This document shows, one piece after another, positions 13,170 through 25,698 of a DNA stretch of 64,000 nucleotides. The stretch comes from Squalus acanthias (taxonomy: Eukaryota). Under the pieces are notes generated by a model that was not told the origin of the DNA, searched no databases, and was given only the letters and a program-made list of their open reading frames with translations. The stretch covers positions 116,128,001-116,192,000 of the forward strand of contig CM059432.1 in the NCBI GenBank assembly GCA_030390025.1. Direction: 5' to 3'. Both the position numbers and the translations under genes were made by a program. How positions within the stretch are numbered: the first letter of the stretch is position 1; the number at the start of each line of letters is the position of its first letter.

Positions 13170-13440
13170 TGAAATGGGGGAAGTAGATAATGTACAGGAA
13201 ACAGCGACCATAACTCAAATAGGTTGAATATAAAAATTGAAAAGGAGAGGGAATAATCAAAGATAAAGGTAATTGATTCGAAAATAGGTCACTTTAAGGA
13301 GATAAAAAGGGAACTAGCCCAGATAAACTGGAAAGCAAAAAAAACACGTGAATATGACACTGCACAAACAAAGGGAAATGTTCAAATAGGAGGCTGTTAA
13401 GAAAGCATGCGCGATCCTTGGCTTTGTAAATAGAGGCATC
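13170..13440 (+). mobile_element. CR1 fragments that continue at 19552-19690 after Harbinger A
   Basis: AAATAGAGGCAT|AGAGTACAAAAGC rejoins across the Harbinger insertion. Confidence 0.7.
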
Positions 13441-13712
13441 TGGCTCGATTTTAATTGCCGAGGCGGTTTGGAGTTGGGTTGATGGTGGGCAGGCTTCGGA
13501 GCTGCTTCCGGCGGGATCAGCTGCTGATGTCCGATTTTGATTCAGTGAGCTTGTTGATTTCAATGAGGCGTGCTGACCAGTCCAATGAGTGGGATCAGGT
13601 CGGCTGGCCACCTCTGATGAAGTCATCATAGCTGCTGCTTTTAAAGCTGCCATTCAGCCTAAGCCTTTCCCTTCTGGATTCCTGGACTCATTGAAATTGA
13701 TTTAAACACTAT

Positions 13713-14605
13713 GGGGTAAAAATTCACTTGGTTGCGCCACCCGTTAGCGCCTTAAGAGGGCGCTAATGGGGCGCAAAGCCGCTAACGCCCGGGCGCAGCG
13801 ATGTTTGCGCCGCTCGAGAACTTAACTTGAGATTGTGCGGCGGCGCTAAAACTTACCGCTGCGACCACCTGCGCGCGCAGATTGTGACATCATTCCATGG
13901 TGCAACGTCCTTGGGGCGCCCCGTAGCGGAAATTGAGTGGCGCCCCCTGCCTTACCGCCTGGCGCTTCCAACGACCAGAAGACTGGAACACTATCAATCG
14001 CTGTGGGGCTGGGGGGGTCGCTATTTAAAGGGGGCCTCTTCCTGTCTTTTATTGTTGGTGGCATTTTTGAACTACGCATTCTGAGAGAGAGAGGGAGAGA
14101 CTTCTGGAGAGATTCAACGTTGTGTGAAGGAGTTTTGGGTACTGAGCAGCACTTTGCAGGTTCATTTTGATTTGCCATTCCTTGTATCGATTTAGCAGAG
14201 ACCGTGGGAGCTGCACTCTGAGCTCTTTGCCTGGTGCTCTCCATTGTTCTTTCCAGCACATTTGATGTGCAAGTCTCTCCAGGCCGAGATTCAAGGCAGC
14301 AATGAACAGGATGTGGATGGAAAGCAAGATTAACCACCCCCTTTAAGAACTGGCCCGTGCCATTGTGTGTGTGTTCCATTGCTGACTGACATTACATGAG
14401 CTTCGCCAGCGCTCCGAGTTAGCGCCTCACTGCTCGGCCTTTGCGCCTTAAGAGAGGTGTGCAGCGCCTGCTTTAGCGCTCCACTCACCTCCCGGGGCGG
14501 TAAAAGTGAAGTTTCCCGTCAGTGCCGATAATTAGCGCCAGGCGCTAATATTTGCGTCCGGACGATATTTGCGCCCCAAATGGGGCGCGACCTAATTTCT
14601 ACCCC
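13713..14605. mobile_element. Harbinger-type MITE, 893 bp, copy 1
   Basis: TIRs GGGGTAAAAATT / AATTTCTACCCC, 3-bp TSD TAT. Near-identical to 32145-33037. Confidence 0.92.
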
Positions 14606-14606
14606 T

Positions 14607-17600
14607 ATGACTTCTTCCAGAGGCTAGGCAGCTCCTCGTTTTAAAGATGAGTCCCTCCAAGTTCTTGTGGATGCTGTCAGAGGGCGCAGGGAGATTCTCT
14701 TCTCTCCTGATGGCCGGAGGAAGCCTCCTCAGCAGACCAAGGCAGCCTGGCTGCGCATTGCTCAGGAGGTCAGCGCAAGGTCCATATGTTCACACTCATG
14801 GATCCAGTGCCGCAAAAGGTTTAATGATCTTGTGCGAACATCAAAAGTGAGTATCCCATCACACTTGCCTTCAATCTGCTTCCCTTCTCTTCTCATCACC
14901 AGCACTCTGCATTGTAAGCCTTCTCCTTCACATCTCACCTTACCCTTACTTCCCTTGCACCCTTACCTATCCATCTCTGTCTCTGCGCTGAATCACTTCA
15001 GCATCCTGCCTATGCACCCCTTAGACTCGCTCTCATTGTCATGCAGTGACAGCAACTAATAACGCACAGGGAGCTAGCTTCCTCTTGGCACCTTACCCCA
15101 TCTTCGTCTCCCTCAAAGTTTCTATGGTAGGGATTAATCACACTCACTCCATCACTGTGGCTGAAACTCCGCTTGTGTCCCTCCTTGCAGGAAAAGGTAG
15201 CCCACAATAAGAGGGAGAGAGCATAAGAACATAAGAAATAGGAGCAGGAATAGGCCACTTGGCCCCTCGAGCCTGCTCTGCCATTCAATAGATCATGGCT
15301 GATCTTGGGCTCAAAGCCACTTCCCTGTCTGCTCCCCATAACCCTTCACTCCCTTATCTTGCAAAAATCTGTCTATCTCCACCTTAAATGTATTTAATGA
15401 CCCAGCCTCCACGGCTCTCTGGGGCAGAGAATTCCACAGATTTATGACCCTCTGAGAGAAGAAATTCCTCCTCATCTCAGATCTAAAAGGGCGACCCTTT
15501 ATTCTGAAACTATGCCCCCGAGTTCTAGATTTCCCCACGAGTGGAAACATCCTCTCTGCATCTACCTTGTCGAGCCCCCTCAGTATCTTATATGTTTCAA
15601 TAAGATCACCTCTCATTCTTCTAAATTCCAATGAGTATAGGCCCAATCTGCTCAACTTTTCTTCATAAGTCAACCCCCTCATCTCTGGAATTAACCTAGT
15701 GAATCATCTCTGAAATGCCTCCAATGCAAGTATATCCTTCTTTAAATAAGGAGACCAAAACTGTATGCAGTACTCAAGGTGTGGTCTCACCAATACCGTG
15801 TACAGTTGTAGCAGGACTTCCCTGCTTTTATACTCCAACCCCCTTGCAATAAAGGCCAACATTCCATTTGTCTTTTTGATTACTTGCTGTACCTGCATGC
15901 TAACTTTGTGTTTTATGCACAAGGACCCCCAGGTCCCTCTGAACTGTAGCATTTTGTAATCTCTCTCCATTTAAATAATAATTTGCTTTTTTATTTTTCC
16001 TGCCAAAGTGGATAACCTCGCACTTTCCCACATTATACTTCATCTGCCAAATGTTTGCCCACTCACTTAGCCTGTCTATATCCCTTTGCAGATTCTTTGA
16101 GTCCTCTGCACAACTTGCTTTCCCAGCCATCTTTGTATCATCCGCAAACTTGGCTACATTACACTCGGTCCCTTCATCCAAGTCATTAATGTAGATTGTA
16201 AATAGTTGAGGCCCCAGCACCGATCCCTGTGGCACCCCACTAGTTACCGTTTGAAAACCAGAAAATGACCCATTTATCCCGACTCTGTGCTTTCTGTTAG
16301 TTAGCCAATTCTCTATCCATGCTAATATATTACCCCCAATTCCATGAGCTCTTATCTTATGCAGTAACCTTTTATGTAGCACCTTATCGAATGCCTTCTG
16401 GAAATCCAAATACACCACATCCACTGGCTCACCCTTATCCACCCTGCTCGTTACATCGTCAAAGAACTCCAGCAAATTTGTTAAACATGATTTCCCTTTC
16501 ATAAAACCATGCTGATTCTACTTGACTGCATTATGATTATCCAAATGCCCTGCTACTGCTTCCTTAATGAAGGACTCCAGCATTTTCCCAACGACAGATG
16601 TTAGGCTAACTGGTCTATAGTTTCCTGCTTTCTGTCTCCCTTAAATAGGGGTGTTACATTTGCGGTTTTCCAATCCGCTCGGACCTCTCCAGAGTCCAGG
16701 GAATTTTAGTATATTGCAACCAATGCATCTACTATCTCTGCAGCCACTTCTTTTAAGACCCTGGGATGCAGGCCATCTGGTCCAGGGGACTTGTTGTCTT
16801 TTAGTCCCATTATTTTACCAAGTACTATTTCCTTAGTGATAGTGATTGTCTTTAGGTCCCCCCTCCCTGTGGCCCCTTGATTATCCATTATTGGGATGTT
16901 GTTCGTGTCTTCTACCGTGAAGACAGATAGAAAATATTTGTTCAGAGTCTCTGCCATTTCCCCTTTCCCCATTATTAATTCCTCATTCACATCCTCTAAG
17001 GGACCAACGTTTACTTTAGCTACTCTCTTCCTTTTTATATACCTGTAGAAGTTCTTACTTTCTGTTTTAATATTTCTTGCCAGTTTACTCTCATAATTCA
17101 TCTTCTCTCTCTTGATTATTTTTTTAGTCATCCTTTGCTGGATTTAAAAAATTTCCCAATCCTCTGGCCTCCCACCAATCTTGGCAACATTGTATGACTG
17201 GAGGAGGAACACCTACCCTAGTCACATTGACCAGTGCGGAGGAGGCTGCAAACAAGATTGTTGGCAGTGGCGAGGACCTGGAAGTGGGCAATGGAGAAAC
17301 GGGCACACTAGAGGAAGCTGGTGACATAATAGAGTTTCATCCCTCTCAGAATGCAATGGCATATGATGTTCATGGAGAATCGCGTTGTATCATCAGCTGA
17401 ATAGGATGTGTCGGCTACATCAATATCAGATGTCTAAATCATGCTTTCACTCTCCCACAGGACCATCGAGCGCCCCCCTCCCCACAATCCAGGACGAAGA
17501 GCCGGACAACTCCTCAGAGGAACCTGAAGCCTCTGAGGGAGCAGCGTCACCAAGACTCAGCGCACCCAGCACCAATGCAGAATTGCACACCTCGGTGGGG

Positions 17601-18515
17601 CCCTCGCGAGTTGGAGTAGTGTTGTCACCTGGTGTATCACAGCTCACAAGTGAGCATCAGCAGATGGTGGAGACAACGACAGCAGTGGAGAGTCCTTGGC
17701 GGAGGTCGCAGGACTCTCCTAGCTCTGCTGAGCTGCATGCAGACGCTGTGCCTCTGGGGCCATCCAGAAAACGAGCGGTTCGTGAAATACAGGAACAAGT
17801 GCAGGAGTCTCTGGAAGGGTTTGCCTCCAGGGTTAGTGCGAGTGTGGAGAGAATGGAGGAGTCCATCTCTAACATCAGCACTGCTGTGGTGGAGGCAATG
17901 GCGCATGAACGCACCACCATGGATAGCATGGCAACCTCCGTGGAAAGGATGGCTACCTCAGTGGAAAGGATGGCTATGGCCATGGAGAAAATAAGTCGCC
18001 AGAGTCAGGAAAACATGGTGACTGTTCAAAATAGAATGTCATCTCTGGAGGAGCGATGGGCAGCTATTGAGCAGAGAGACCAGAGCTTCATGGATGTCCT
18101 TTTGAGGAGGACTGCGAGTGCAGATACGGGTCCTCATGGGCCCCCTGAAGTCAGCAAGGTGCTCTCCTGCCACTTGCCAGCACTGAGGTGCAGCTGACCC
18201 ATGAGAGGGATGCTGTTGGCAGGACAGAAGGAAGTGTGGGCTCCTCTTAAAGTGCTCGCACGACCATGCCACTGCGGAGCCCTCGGTCAGAGACCCACTT
18301 TGCGGAGACAACTGAGATGGCCGTTTCAGCCCCTGCACAGCCGCAGGAAGAGCAGACTGTTGAAGAGCCCTCCTAGGCTCCCAAACCCAGAGGACACCCA
18401 CCAAAGATGTCTAAGTAGGCGCAGCATCCTAGTAAGCAAGGCCTCTACTTCTGCTGAAGCCACAGGGGAAGCACCACGTAGAAGCACGCATAAGAGAAAG
18501 ATTAAGCACCTATAG
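14607..18515 (+). pseudogene. Myb/SANT-like gene of Harbinger A: exon 1 14607-14846, exon 2 15191-17320 (split by CR1), exon 3 17461-18515
   Basis: APRF..W..IAQEVSA..SWIQCRKRFNDL, then EKVAHNKRER..TGGG, with GT-AG junctions. Early TAG, CR1 insertion and later disruptions. Confidence 0.8.
15222..17193 (-). mobile_element. CR1 LINE (about 2 kb, 5'-truncated) inserted in Myb exon 2
   Basis: ORFs 16706-17131, 15900-16502, 15704-15970 and 15311-15682 give a frameshifted CR1 ORF2. (TTCTTATG)n tail. Confidence 0.95.
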
Positions 18516-20106
18516 TCACAAGGGGACTCACTTGGGTGATTTATCTTTTTTTTCTGACTGTTGCTGGTATATTATCCTTTTGTGATGTGTAAAAGAAAAA
18601 TTATGTCAAACAGTTGATTGCGTGGCCTATGTGTTATGGGAAACGGTAAAAGTGCATCGAGAGCTCAGGGCAACTTGCTTTTGTAATGCTGATGGTAAAA
18701 GTGATTGGAAATAACCGGGTATAGCAGAGATGATGTATGATGTTGGACAAGTGTCGCCTGCAATTACAGAGCCATATGGTAGCCACCTATGGTTGAAGAG
18801 TAAGCTTATGCGAATGTGGCATGGCAGTGTGCATACCCTGCTTGACGGGCAGCAGTGAACTGGAGGGATGCTGTATTGGTCACAAAAGGGCATGCAAGGC
18901 GCCCCTCGTCCTCCTCCTACTCCTCTTCCCAGGAAGATCTGCGCTGAGCCACGCGGCTGCTACTCCTCCGATTATGAGGACCAGGAAGAGAGGACATAAA
19001 TGTTTCCCATCCCCTTGCTATAGATTTGATTTGAGGCAACAAGCTTGCAAGCGTACAGTCGAAGTGGCCTGAAATTATTCCATTCAGGTCACACTGCAGG
19101 TGGGTGTCAGCTTGAACAGTCAGAAGGTCAGTAGATGTGCAAATTCTTATCTCATACCTACAACAGCAAAGTTATTGCATTTGAATGTCAGCCATGTTTC
19201 AGGGGCACTTTTAAAGCGCTCCACCAATGAATACAAATCATGTCCTCCAGCAACTCGTCTCCTTGAACCTAGCTTGTTTCTGACAAGTCAGGAAACAGGA
19301 GCCAGAAGCATGAAAATGGGAAACCACTATCAAAATAGGATTAGCAAGGCAGTTAACAGGCTCTTAACTGCCTTAACTACCTGTCCCACCAGGTTCCAGT
19401 CGGGTCAGTTTGGGAGCGGCTGAACAGACACGCATGAAAATCAGGTGGGAGCAGGATGGAGGCGGGTTGGGTGTCTGAAGCCATTTTTTCTGATTTTCGC
19501 TGCAGACCCGCCTCCAAACCCGCCTCCTCAGAGCTATTAAAATCGAGGCCCATAGAGTACAAAAGCAAAGAAGTTTATGCTAAACCTTTATAAGTCACTG
19601 GTTAGGCCTCAGCTGGAGTATTGCGTCCAATTCTGGGCACCACACTTTAGGAAGGATGTCAAGGCCTTGGAGAGGGTGCAGAGGAGATTTGGGTTTGGGA
19701 GGGTGCGGCGGAATCGGGCAGGAGCAACGTGATGGTGGGGGGAAAGGGAGCGGTGACAATGTAGCGGGGGAGGGGAGGGGAGGGAGCGGCGATTGGGTCC
19801 TTCAACGTGGTGTCGGGAGGAAACCCCATGCTCCTCTCTGCTCCACAGTCAGGCCAGTTACTTGTCTTCTTTATTGCAGGCCATTAGCGGATTTCCCATT
19901 GGTTACTGTCTCAACAAAGGATTGTTAGTCCGCCGACAATAACTCCGCTCATGATTCACGCCCGGCTGGTTTTTATAACAACAAGCTTTATTACATTGAC
20001 TAACAATAATATTAGTTTTTTTTATAACTGTTCTACAGTGTTATATTAAATGACAAGATGTCTTGTAAATAATACAACCAGGTTGCCAGGCCCGGAGGGA
20101 TCACTT

Positions 20107-21000
20107 TCTTTTTATTCATTCCTGGGATGTGGGCATCACTGACAAGGCCAGTATTTATTGCCCATCTGTAATTGCCCTTGAGAAGGTGGTGGTGAGCTGC
20201 CTTCTTGAACCGCTGCAGTCCGCGTGGTGAAGGTACTCCCACAGTGCTGTTAAGGAGGGAGTTCCAGATTTTGACCCAGCGACGATGAAGGAACAGCAAT
20301 ATATTTCTAAGTCAGGATGGTGTATGACTTGGAGGGGAACTTAGAGGTGGTGGTGTTACCATGCACCTGCTACCCTTGTCCTTCGAGGTGGAAGAGGTTG
20401 TGGATTTGGGAGGTGCTGTCGAAGAAACCTTGGCGAGTTGCTCCAGTGCATCTTGTAGATGGTACACACTGCAGACACGGTGCGCCGGTGTTGGAGGGAT
20501 TGAATGTTTAAGGTGGTGGATGGGGTGCCAATCAAGCGGGCTGCTTTGTCCTGGATGGTGTCGAGCTTCTTGAGTGTTGTTGGAGCTGCACTCATCCAGG
20601 CAAGTGGAGAGTATTCCATCACACTCCTTACTTGTGCTTTGTAGATGGTGGAAAGGCTTTGGGGAGTCAGCAGGTGAGACACTCGCCGCACAATACCCAG
20701 CCTCTGACCTGCTCTTGTTGCCACAGTATTTATGATGCTGGTCCAGGTAAGTTTCTGGTCAATGGTAACCCCCAGGATGTTGATGTTGGTGGATTCGGTG
20801 ATGGTAATGCCACTGAATGTCAAGGGGCGGTGGTTAGACTCTCTCTTGTTGGAGATAATCATTGCCTGGCATTTGTGCGGCGTGAATGTTACCTGCCACT
20901 TATCAGCCCAAGCCTGAATGTCGTCCAGGTCTTGCTGCATGCGGGCACGGACTGCTTCATTATCTGAGGAGTTGCGAGTGGAACTGAACACTGTGCAATC
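20107..21000 (-). mobile_element. CR1-group (Daphne/Zenon-like) LINE 3' fragment
   Basis: 211-aa ORF with WADKWQVTF and YKAQVRSVMEYSP, plus the family 3' tail. Confidence 0.9.
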
Positions 21001-21534
21001 ATTTTTCGGTTGTCTAGGCTGCCTTCATCGTTGTGGGTTTACGATTGACCCTGTGAGCGCTCCGAACCCCAAGAGAACAACACAGCCTGGTTCCCAGGTG
21101 TGGAGTGAACAGCTCCATCCCTCCAGGCGATCCGTGGGCCTGCGTGTCGCCTTCCCACACCGAGAACGGTCTGCCTTTGGGGGGAGGGGGGAGGGGGGAA
21201 CAGCTTCTATTCTTATTCTATAAAACACATTTTTAGGTACTTACCCTGCTTCTAATCTTCTCGGCCTTTGCCTCTGTTCTACAAGCTTTGTTTAGAATAC
21301 AGTAAGTGTGTAGGCCAATCTGTGGCATGTGGTGTCTTGACAACTAGTCTCCTATCAGGGTATGGGCCTTTTACTCAACCTGGGTGTTTATCATTCTCTG
21401 TCCTTGTGTTTCCAAACTGTCTGTTGTTCGTATATAGCGATAAGATTCAAGATTCCCTTTATTTCAGATTTGCTCTAACACTAAAAATGCGAAGGGAAAG
21501 GATGCTGGGATACTTTGACCATTTGCTGACTCAA

Positions 21535-22810
21535 TCATCAGCAAAGGGATGGAAGGTGTTGTCGGCAGTGCTATCAAGCAGCACTTGCTCACCAATAACC
21601 TGCTCACTGATGCTCAGTTTGGGTTCCGCCAGGACCACTCGGCTCCAGGCCTCGTTTCAGCCTTGGTCCAGCGGTGAGGTGAGAGTGACTGCCCTTGACA
21701 TCAAGGCAGCATTTGACTGAGTGTGGCATAAAGGAGCCCTACTAAAATTGAGCTCAATGGGAATCAGGGGGAAAGCTTTCCACTGGCTGGAGTCATACCT
21801 AGCACAAAGGAAGGAGGTTGTGGTTGTTGAAGGTCAATCATCTTAGCCCCAGGACATCGCTGCAGGAATTAGACAGGGCCGTGTCCTAGGCGCAACCATC
21901 TTCAGCTGCTTCATCATAAGGTCAGAAGTGGGGATGTTCACTGATGATTGCACAGTGTTCAGTTCCATTCGCAACTCCTCAGATAATGAAGCATGCAACA
22001 AGACCTGGACGACATTCAGGCTTGGGCTGATAAGTGACAAGTAACATTTGTGCCACACAAGTGCCAGGCAATGACCATCTCCAACAAGAGAAAGTCTAGC
22101 CACCTCCTCTTGACATTCAATAGCATTACCTTCACCGAATCCCCCACCATCAACATCCTGGGGGTCACCATTGACCAGAAACTTAACCAACCACATAAAT
22201 ACTGTGGCTACAAGAGCAGGTCAGAGGCTGGGTATTCTGTGCCGAGTGACTCACCTCCTGACTACCCAAAGCCTTTCCACCATCTACAAGGCACAAGTCA
22301 GGAGTGTGATGGAATACTCTCCACCTGCCTGGATGAGTGCAGCTCCAACACTCAAGAAACTCGACACCATTCAGGACAAAGCAGTTCGCTTGATTGGCAC
22401 CCCATCCACCACCTTAAACATTCACTCCCTCCACCACCGGCGTACCGTGGCTGCAGTATGTACCATCTACAAGATGCACTGCAGCAACTCGCCAAGGCTT
22501 CTTCGGCAGCACCTCCCAAACCCGCGACCTCTACCACTTAGAAGGACAAGGGCAGCAGGCGCATGGGAACACGATCACCTCCAAGTTCCCCTCCAAGTCA
22601 CATGTCATCCTGACTTGGAAATATATCGTCGTTCCTTCATCGTCGCTGGGTCAAAATCCTGGAACTCCCCCCCTGACAGCACTGTGGCAGTACCTTCACC
22701 ACACAGTCCAAGAAGGCGGCTCACCACCACCTTTGCCAGGGCAATTAGGGATGGGCAATAAATGCTGGCCTTGCCAGCGATGCCCACATCTCATGAATGA
22801 ATAAAAAAAA
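21535..22810 (+). mobile_element. CR1-group (Daphne/Zenon-like) LINE RT to 3' end
   Basis: ALDIKAAFD, MFTDDC and YKAQVRSVMEY motifs, poly(A) at about 22803-22810. Confidence 0.9.
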
Positions 22811-22899
22811 TTTTAATCATTCTAACACTGGCAATCGCTAGAACTTGTTTCCCTGAGTGTAGCCAGCTGCCTCAGGGCAAACCAATCTTTCAGAAGTTC

Positions 22900-23597
22900 T
22901 TTTGCCAATTATTTTAAATCTATGACCTCTGGTTACTGACCCACATGCCAGAGGCGATAGTTTCTCCCTACTTGCTTGATCAAAACTCTTCATAGTTTTG
23001 AATACCTCTATTAGGTCTCCCCTTAACCTTCTCTGCTCTAAGAAGAACAATCCCAGCTTCTCCAGTCTCTTCACATAACTGAACTCCCTCATCCCTGGTA
23101 TCATTTTGGTAAACCTTCTCTGCACCCTCTTCAAGGCCTTGACATCCTTCCTAAAGTGTGGAGCCCAGAATTGGACACAATACTCTTGCTGAGGCCTAAC
23201 CAGAGATTTGTAAAGGTTTACATTACTTCCTTATTTTTGTATTCAATGCTCTTATTTACAAAGCCAAGTATCCCATACGCTTTCTTAACTGCCTTATAAA
23301 CTTGCTCTGCCACCTTCAAGGATTTGTGAATATGCACCCACAGGTCCCTCATTTCTTGCACCATCTCAGAATAGTACCATTTAGATTATGCTGCCTCGCC
23401 ATGTTGTTTCTCCCAAAGTGCATCACTTGACACTTATCTGCATTAAATTGCATCTGCCATGTATCTACCTATTTCGCCAGTCTGTCTCTGTCCTCCTGAA
23501 GTCTGCTACTGTCATGCTCATTATTTACTACATTGCCAAGTTTTGTATCGTATTGTAATTGTGCTCCTATACCCAAGTCCAGGTCATTTATATATAA
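22900..23597 (-). mobile_element. CR1 LINE RT fragment
   Basis: LYINDLD and VQRRFTKMIPG..LRGDLIEVFK motifs. Confidence 0.85.
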
Positions 23598-23676
23598 CAT
23601 GAGAAGCAACTTAAGAGTGCAGTGACTTATTAACCATACAATACGGAAATCATTCTGCACCAGAAACCTTCAATCT

Positions 23677-24705
23677 TTTCGGGTGTGGGGCAGGGAGTTA
23701 GCAGATACTGTCAAGCCTGTGTGGTAGCTGGTGTGCAAAAGGCCACCTCACGTTAAAAGAATTCACGCACAGGCATCTTCCACCCTTTAAAATGAAGTTC
23801 GGGACCTGGAATGTCAGGACCCTCATGGACAACCCCAACAGCGATAGACCGGAACGCCGTACTGCTATCGTTGCCCAGGAGCTCAGACATTTCGACATAG
23901 ACATCGCCGCCCTAAGCGAGACCCGGCGAGTAGGGGAAGGCCAGCTCAAGAAGCAAGGCGGTGGTTACACCTTCTTCTGGAAAGGCAAACCTGAAGAAGA
24001 TCGCCGCCTCCATGGGGTAGGCTTCGCCATAAAAAATTAGCTAGTTGAACGTCTCAGAGACTCCCCTTGTGGAATAAACGAATGCCTCATGAATCTACGG
24101 CTCACCCTAGCCCGGAACCAGTGCGCTACGGTCATCAGTATGTAGACCCCAACACTGGAAGTCACAGACGAGACCAAAGAGGAACTCTACTCCAGCCTTG
24201 AACAATCCCTGTCCCGAGTCCCAACGGGCGACAAGCTGATCATCCTTGGCGACTTTAATGCCAGAGTTGGAAAGGACACAGACCTCTGGGGAGGTGTGAT
24301 CAGCAGAGAGGCGGTAGGGAAAGCCACCTCCAACGGTACCCTCCTCCTGATGAAATGCTTAGAACATGGCCTTGCCATAACCAACACCTTGTTCCGTCAG
24401 CGAGACAAGTACAAGGCTTCATGGCAGCACCCTTGCTCCAAGCACTGGCATCTGCTGAACTATGTCATTGTCCGAGTGAGGGACCGCAAGGACGTCCGCA
24501 TCACTCGCGCCATGAAAGGAGCTGATGACTGCTGGACAGACCACCACCTAATCCGTTCTGTCATCTCCATTAACGTAGCACCAAAACAGCGGCGGCAACA
24601 GAAGCAATGCCGCAGGAAAATCAACGCTGGAGCACTCAAAGAAAGCCCTATTCAGCCTGCGCCTCACAACTAAGCTGACGACTCCCAGTGATTCAGAGAC
24701 ACAGA
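23677..24705 (+). mobile_element. RTE-clade LINE 5' part (AP endonuclease), cut off by Harbinger B
   Basis: MKFGTWNVRTL, IAALSETR, GVGFAI, GDFNARVG and WTDHHL motifs, with internal stops. Confidence 0.9.
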
Positions 24706-25698
24706 GGGCTCGATTTTGCCAGGCCCGAGGAGGCAGGATTGGAGGCGTGTGAGGTGTTAAAATCGCGAAAAATGGCGGGCGGGCCCGATCCCGCCTCTGA
24801 GCAATTTTCCCACATGCGAGTTTTCTGACCCCATCTCTATCCCGCCTCCAGGAGGCGGGATAGGCCCTTAAGGCCCTTAACAACCAGTTAAGTGCCTCGA
24901 GATCCCTTTTTGAGAGGCCTTTCTGATTTTAACACTTTTCCCACGTGCTTCACGTCTCCTCTGAAACACGCCAGTGAAACCTGGTGGCAGCACAAGTGGA
25001 ATGCTTACTAACAGCTGCAGCTCCACCATTAAAAAGGAGTTTTCAGCAATCATCATTTGCAGGTGGCAGAACTTTGTTGTCTCAGGTCTGGGGGAACTAT
25101 TAGCAGGCATACCCATTGTTGTGGAAGTTTGGAGCCTGACACCCATCTCCAGTGTGACCTCCTGGGAAACCCCTCTCGCCACCTAGAATGAGCGCTTCCT
25201 CAACTGAGGCATATACCAGAAGCATGGGAACCATTTATTTCCTTTCCTCCTGGACATCAGATTCGGACGAAGACCAGCTGTGGCAGCAGCAGAACCATGA
25301 ACAACAGCAGCACCACCAACAGCAGCAGCAACAACAGCTGCTCACCCACCTGAAGCTGCACAGGCCAGAAGGCGCCAGCGCGCGACCACATTACTGCCCG
25401 GGATGCAAGGGACGCACTCCTCTTGGCCAGATTTGCTTAGCCTGCACAATCAAACACTTTTGCCTCGCACCTTCTTATCAGACCATCGACAATGGCCAAA
25501 ACCCTGCGGTTTCCTATCACTCTGACCACCATACTGACAATTGCAAGTCATCCTAAGCCCTCAGTGTGGAAGTCCCATTAGCGATATGACAGACACCACA
25601 ACTGCAACAGTTGCCATCAGAATTTTTTATTTACAATAACCAACTGATGGCTTTTCACCATTAAACATGACATTTCACCCAAGTGACTACCCTTGTGA

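Larger units (their letters stand above)
13441..19551 (+). mobile_element. Harbinger element A (Myb-like gene on +), with nested MITE and CR1
   Basis: Termini GGCTCGATTTTAA / TTAAAATCGAGGCCC. It interrupts a CR1 and shares its gene layout with elements B and C. Confidence 0.85.

Noticed and set aside
13846..14379. 177-aa ORF repeated at 32278-32811
   Set aside because: It lies inside the young MITE. The conservation reflects copy identity, and no domain is recognisable.
25280..25340. CAG/polyQ tract (also near 29910-29960) as a host polyQ gene
   Set aside because: It is part of the Harbinger stub ORF, present in both copies.
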